From Paraspadella gotoi (Eukaryota > Animalia > Chaetognatha): a stretch of 64,000 bases of DNA. The DNA is taken from positions 27,045,879 to 27,109,878 of the forward strand of contig CM119264.1 in the NCBI GenBank assembly GCA_051294375.1, written 5' to 3'. The notes under the pieces were generated by a model. It did not search any database and was not told the origin of the DNA. It saw only the letters and a program-made list of their open reading frames with translations. Shown here one piece after another: positions 58,437-64,000 of the stretch. Each line of letters opens with the position of its first letter. Within the stretch, counting starts at the first letter, position 1. The position numbers were made by a program, and so were the translations under genes.

Positions 58437-58799
58437 TGGTCCATCTCTCGAAACCCATCTTAACTGTCGTAGTATGACAACATCCGGGTTGCCCGGATGC
58501 CCATTGGGATGGGGCATCTCACTGTTGGCTTTGGGGGCGTCCGACCCTCAGTGACGCCTCCAGTCACTGGCGCGGTTACCCTAGGACAGTTTCGCTTTGC
58601 CAACGCAGATGGAAGTCGTTAGGACTGTGGATGGAACACAACGCCTGGGATGGTGTGTTCCATGTGAAAATGGTATTGGCTGAACGATGGTGGACGTGAG
58701 GCGGAGTGAATATACCGCCACAGTAGCATCTTTCATCCCCTTGAACAGCCACGGAACGGGTTCGAGGACTGGAACCGGGCTTAAGGCAGGGATGGGTCA
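58437..58799 (+). ncRNA. Structured RNA candidate (~360 nt) with an RNase P/RNase MRP-like 3' architecture
   Basis: Terminal helix 58437-58448/58788-58799 (12 bp; alternative 5' strand 58453-58468). Internal helix ACTGTGG 58624-58630/CCACAGT 58718-58724. Hairpins ATGGAACACA/TGTGTTCCAT (58631-58663) and CCTTGAAC/GTTCGAGG (58739-58767), the latter directly followed by ACTGGAAC(C)GGGCTTA (CR-V-like). G-U pairs favour the + strand. No convincing ORF. The CR-I/P4 match is imperfect. Confidence 0.45.
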
Positions 58800-59212
58800 G
58801 GATTTAACCCTTATGGTAAAAAGCAGATGACTTTACTCATCGCGCAACCGGGTCAGGCCAGAAAAAAGGATGATTAATCACGGGGTGACCCTTCCGGACC
58901 CTCGATGACCCTTCGCGACCCCGACGGCACGATCCGCCGATGAGGGGCAAAAACAAAAGAAGAAACTTGAAAGAGATTAAATTTCTGATCGTCTTTTGAT
59001 CGACCCGAATGGAGAGGGAGTCGAGTCGAATGGAGAGGGAGTCCTTGGGTTCGACGGCCCAGGGGAGTGACATTACGACTTCGCCCGAAAATAAAAGGGA
59101 AGGATTCAATTCCTTATCTCATCTCGTTGAGAGAGAGAGAGAGAAGATATCTGAGAATGGTAGAGATGATGAGAGGGGATAGAGATGAAGAGATTATGGA
59201 GAGAGGAGAGAG

Positions 59213-59253
<41 letters not shown>

Positions 59254-59379
59254 AGAAGAGGAGAGAGAGAGAGAAGAGAGGAGAGAGAAAATGTGCCTTT
59301 GCTTATTCGAACAAACGCAAGGGAGATCGAAGGCGCTAACGTTTTGTTTACAGTTCGCAACCTGATAAACAAAGAACGA

Positions 59380-59420
<41 letters not shown>

Positions 59421-59511
59421 TTGACTTGTCGAAGACTGACAATCTGTCTTCATCCCAGGAAAAAAACAGGAGGCAGAAAGGTCGAGAGATGAATCCCTTG
59501 AGATTGACTCT

Positions 59512-59555
<44 letters not shown>

Positions 59556-59651
59556 TTCTTTCGTTATCGAGTTTATATGTGCGTTTTATAACCGACCTTT
59601 CTCGCTGGAGATTTAATAGTCAAATCGTAATCAATGAGAAATCGATTCAAA

Positions 59652-59720
<69 letters not shown>

Positions 59721-59851
59721 AATATTCCCCTTTCTCCTTATGTTTGTTTTTCTTTTTCGCCTTCAACGAAACTATTTGTCAGGGTTAACCTTAATTGCCG
59801 GATGTCAGTTCTGTACGAACAGAAATAAAAGTCACTTTGGTCCGAAGAGTT

Positions 59852-59903
59852 CAGCCTGTCACTGACAGCCTGTCACTGACAGCCTGTCACTGACAGCCTG
59901 TCA
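59852..59903. promoter_or_regulatory. Tandem 14-bp near-palindromic TGACAG array upstream of the Z-alpha gene
   Basis: (CAGCCTGTCACTGA)x3 + CAGCCTGTCA, giving alternating CTGTCA/TGACAG hexamers (TALE-homeodomain MEIS/TGIF/PKNOX core). One unit fewer at 37074-37107. Confidence 0.4.
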
Positions 59904-60280
59904 GCATTCGACCAGTCAACGCCCTTAAACATGTCAGTCAACGTTGTATTGACTGCCAAAAAACGTTCTGTATTTTACTAGTAGTTTCGGAGTCATTTGT
60001 TAAAGTTTTCATGTACTATGATTAAGACTAAAGAAAGTTATAGTAACCGATCTTGATCATATTTTGTTCAATGTAGTCCAAATTTTATTATCATAATACC
60101 TTAGATTAATACCAAGATATTTCAATTGATATTAAACTCCTCTTCCTTTATTTCATTTCTTTATTCCTTTCTGAGTTTCATTCCCCGGTCTCCACCCAGT
60201 CACCCTCCCCCCCCCTCCTCAAAAAAAAAATCTCTCTCCATGAAATCTGACAATTTTGACAGAAAAAAAGGTCGCGGAAA

Positions 60281-60338
60281 ATGGAACGAGGGATCGATAA
60301 GGGAAGAAGTTGACCTCGTCAAAAATTTGGGGGAAGAG
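60281..60338 (+). CDS. Putative upstream (first coding) exon of the Z-alpha gene
   Basis: The consensus of this copy and 37512-37571 reads MERGIDNGEEVDLVKNLGEE followed by GTGAAC. That phase-0 donor is compatible with exon 61954. Each copy alone is frameshifted, so the call depends on the consensus. Confidence 0.35.
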
Positions 60339-60462
60339 GTGAACGATGATGACGACGACGACGACGACGATGACGACGATGACGACATAACAAAAGTGAC
60401 CGCTGAAGACGAAGACGACGACACTGATGACAATGACAATGTGGCTGACATTGAGGACTTTA

Positions 60463-60533
<71 letters not shown>

Positions 60534-61243
60534 TCTTTTTCATATATCGTCTTTCTCCCACTCTTCATCTCTTATCTCTCTCCATCCATCGACCCCATTG
60601 TCAAATTTTAGCCAAATAAAGGCTCACAAACCCGGCTGCCCTTTTTTTTCCCCTTTTAAAAATTCGGAGCACCCAATTATGAGAACAAAATCCTACTTAA
60701 GAAAATTTTTCTTCTCGAGCGACGCGCCGATGCTCGAAAGAATCTTAACTCAAATATAAATTTGTCAGAGAGTTGAACAAACAACATTTAAATTCTACTC
60801 GACGTTCGTTTGATGATTTCGAGTAGATTATTGTTAAGTTCTCTTTGTTCGAGATAAAAGCTTGGTAAGGAGCCCGGCCTTTCGATTCCCGTTGATTGAT
60901 TGTAGTTTGTTTGTTTTTTTTTGTCAAGCAGTCTCTGATAGAGAAAATAAAAGAATGCTGTAGAAGATTTTATCATCTCCGCAAAAGAATTTGATTGAAA
61001 GTGACTTGAAAGTGCACTTGAAATAATTGTAATACTTTTTTTTTCTCAATATTTTCTACGATTAACGCTAATTGGAAGAAAAAAGAAATTGCGTCTAGAC
61101 TTAGGGATTGGTTGGGGGTCTTAAAATTACTCTCAAAAATCCAGAATAAACATTGAGATACAAGTTAATCCTTGGTACGTGGAAACGACATAGGAAAAAA
61201 GTGTTAGTTCTTCGAAACTGTTTGACCTTTAAAGATGTTGTAA

Positions 61244-61376
<133 letters not shown>

Positions 61377-61953
61377 CGTATATCAGATTTCCTAAATAAT
61401 GTAGAGGATCGAATTAATAAGCGTAACTTTTTTATCATAATTTCTCCGAGTAATTTGATCCCTCGTTTATTTGATTAGCTGGATGAGATGGAGGAATACT
61501 TTGCTTTGGATGAATCCCAGGTTTTTCCCCCTCATCTTCAGATTTTCACTAACCGTCTCAAGCTTTTGGCGTGACATACTTAGATCGAGAACAAATCGTG
61601 ACCCCCTCGCGATTTTTCGATATTGAACAATTTTAAAAAAACAACTGTTTTTCTTTTAAAAATCTGTTGAAACCAGTTGCTTGACCCTATTAATTAGTTC
61701 GAGAAGGTTGTAATAAAAAAAGTTATTACGTCAATTTATAAAAATCATAATTATACATTATTACAACCCTCGGATTTTCAAACTTAAACCATTTTTTTGG
61801 CCAAAATTAACCCGGGTCTCCGCGCATTGAAATGGGAAGCTAATTTAAGAGGCTTTTTTTTTTCTTGCCGATACAATTGACAATTCTCATTGTCAAACAT
61901 CTGAGCATCGATTCTCACGATTCCCTTTTGTTTTTCCCCTCTTCGCTCGTCAG

Positions 61954-63744
61954 GTGTCGCAGGAGATCGTGGATCAAGTGATGCTGGTTCTCAGGCACAG
62001 CGCCGGTCCCGTCAAAACCATTGAGATCGCGCGCAATTGCGGATTCTCATCCAAGCAGGTCGGTCGGTCGGTCGTAATTGCGATTGGTGCTTTGTTGACG
62101 TCGTTATCGCTGTTGTCGTTGTTGTGGTTTGCCCGCGGGGAATCGGTGGTCGGTGTAAATGTGCGGTGTTTGTTATGCAATGGACCGCCGAGCTTTTTAT
62201 TTTAATGTCGTTTTAATGTCGATGACAATGTTCGTTCGGTGTTTAAATATTTTTTTAAACAAAAAGATAATAAAATTAGCAAATAAAAACGATATTAGAA
62301 CCACGAATCCGATGCCATAATCTTTTCCTCCTCCTCCTCCTCCTCCTCCTCCTCCTCTTCCCCCCTTCCACCCCCTCCTCCTCCTCCACTCAGGAAATCA
62401 ACCCGACGCTGTATTACATGCAACGTCAGCGACTGGTGACTAAAGTGACTGAATCTCCGCCAGCTTGGACGCTCAACATGGCCAACGTTGTCGTCCACTC
62501 CAACCAAAAGCTCAACCTCACCACAGGTGTGGACGAGGTGGTTGGTGGGCGGATGGGTGGATCAATTAGAAGGGATTCAGTTTTGATATAGTAGGACTAT
62601 TCCTGGTGGCGTTAGCTATGTAATTCGATCTGATTTTGAATCCTAAAGATTTTTATTCAAATATTTTTCCTTCTTAAATTTTGCTAAGAAAAAAGAATTA
62701 TCCTTGCTTCGAGAAAAGTTTTGAGGTCACGTGACGTCATCGTCGATAGAATATAAAAAGAAAAATGTTTATTATTGACGAAGGGTCCAGTTATAGCATT
62801 TATAAAGGGTCTTCATCAGGAAATAAATTTCTCAGATCTTAGAATCTCTCTCACGTAACAGGACTTCCCTGTGCCTTTAACCTGGGCGAAAAAAAAAGCC
62901 AGACCTCTTCTGTATCCCTTAGACTGAACCCATTTTATTCCAACTGAACCTTACCCTTCACTCACCCTCTCCTCTTCTCCCCCCCAAAACCCAGCTGGTC
63001 TCATCACCATCCCCCCGAAATTCAACCCGGCGTCGCCTTCTCCCCCGGCGGTGCCAGGATCTACGGACGGTGGGGGCGGCGCCGCTTCTCCCGGCGCCGT
63101 CGAACCGGAAGTGGCGGTCAGCGCCGCCGCTTCCGGTTCGTCGACGCCGGCGGAAAACGGCGCCAACGCGACGCCGCCGCAGCAGCCGAACGTTGCCGCG
63201 GCGCAAACGCAGCCTGAACAGTACCAGAGGTAAGGTTATCAATTAATCCATCAATCAATTAATCAATCAATTATTCAATCAATAAATCAAACTACGTATC
63301 AAAATATCAAATAACTTCATTCATGATGAATAAACCTATTAATTAATTAATCAATTAATCAACTGCTTATCCAAATTTTAAAAAGTTTTATTCTTGAACT
63401 AAGAAATCTATATTTTCATAGACAAATATTCATATACTGTAGTCCATAAAAGCAATAAATAATTTCAGCAATCAATCTGCATAATTTTATCAATCAATCA
63501 TATCTTGAACCAAAAATCATAAATTATCTTCTTTCTCTCCCGCACAGAGCATCGCCTCCAGCCAATGGCGAAGCTGACCGAATGTCTACGGGCACGCCCA
63601 ACGAGATTGTGACCAATCACGGGCCCGGATCAACGCCGCCGCCGCCGGCGCAGCCGGTCAACGGGGTCGCGGGCATCAGGATGGAAACGGATTCTTCCAA
63701 CGCCGCCAATCCCGTCGCCCCGGTTGACGCCGGACACGTACAGG
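61954..63744 (+). CDS. Z-alpha (Z-DNA/Z-RNA-binding winged-helix) domain protein, ADAR1/ZBP1/PKZ-type N-terminal region; partial, 4 exons, runs off the window end
   Basis: Manual splicing gives exons 61954-62058, 62394-62526, 62995-63229 and 63548-63744. All are AG/GT bounded and phase-compatible (0,1,2), giving one open frame. Exons 1+2 read VSQEIVDQVMLVLRHSAGPVKTIEIARNCGFSSKQ|EINPTLYYMQRQRLVTKVTESPPAWTL, which has the Z-alpha signature K-x-E-I-N-x-x-L-Y ... P-P-x-W and the same Tyr-to-Pro spacing (15) as human ADAR1 Y177-P192. Exons 3-4 are an Ala/Pro/Gly-rich linker. Confidence 0.9.
62726..62739. promoter_or_regulatory. Overlapping CLEAR/USF E-box (GTCACGTGAC) and CRE (TGACGTCA) in an intron of the Z-alpha gene
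   Basis: GTCACGTGACGTCA lies in an otherwise AT-rich intron and is identical at 40053-40066. Confidence 0.4.
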
Positions 63745-64000
63745 GTAAGGGGGGCCACTGGAGGTCAAGAAGAAGAATAAGTAATAATAGCTAATAATAG
63801 TAATTGTAATATTTGCTAGTAGTTGAAAAAAGTTTAATAGTATTTGAGTATTTATTTTGATTTCTTTGAGTTGAATTTTTTATTTTCAATTGAAAAATTC
63901 GACTTCTTAAAATCTCGATGTAAAATCGTGCGTCCTCTATTAAGTTTTAAAATATTTTCATTTAATAATACCGTTAACTACGTTAGCGCCTATTTTAGAC

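Noticed and set aside
58570-58815. Telomerase RNA hypothesis (TTACCCTAG and TAACCCTTA look template-like)
   Set aside because: The consensus of the copies lacks the ~1.5-repeat CTAACCCTAA template, and no H/ACA 3' domain was found. TAACCCTAG appears only in the error-rich copy at ~19442.
58836-58880. Minus-strand resemblance to the U4atac 5' end (AATCATCCTTTT...GGTTGCGC) and a PSE-like TCACC
   Set aside because: The similarity stops after ~12 nt, there is no Sm site at the expected distance, and G-U pairing favours the + strand.
61954-63744. Assigning the gene symbol ADAR or ZBP1
   Set aside because: No dsRBD, deaminase, RHIM or kinase domain is visible in the window, so orthology cannot be established.

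Overview
Eukaryotic, intron-containing, microsatellite-rich DNA ((AG)n, (GAC)n, (TTTC)n), metazoan-like. It appears to come from an error-prone long-read or gap-filled assembly, with four 25-N gaps and many homopolymer indels. Almost all long ORFs in the supplied track are microsatellite translations. Region 1-6000 holds two fragmented spliced genes of unknown function. Region 6500-64000 is mostly 2-4 near-identical, partly scrambled copies of one block. That block contains (i) a long single-exon Ser/Pro-rich ORF, (ii) a ~360-nt highly structured RNA candidate whose 3' end resembles the RNase P/MRP P19-CR-V-P1 arrangement, and (iii) a spliced gene with an intact, intron-split Z-alpha (Z-DNA/Z-RNA-binding) domain plus the start of a second one. 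One copy of the block carries a ~3.1-kb Helentron-associated (HINE/DINE-1-like) element that is absent from the other copies. The sequence alone cannot show whether the copies are true paralogs, haplotypes or assembly artefacts.
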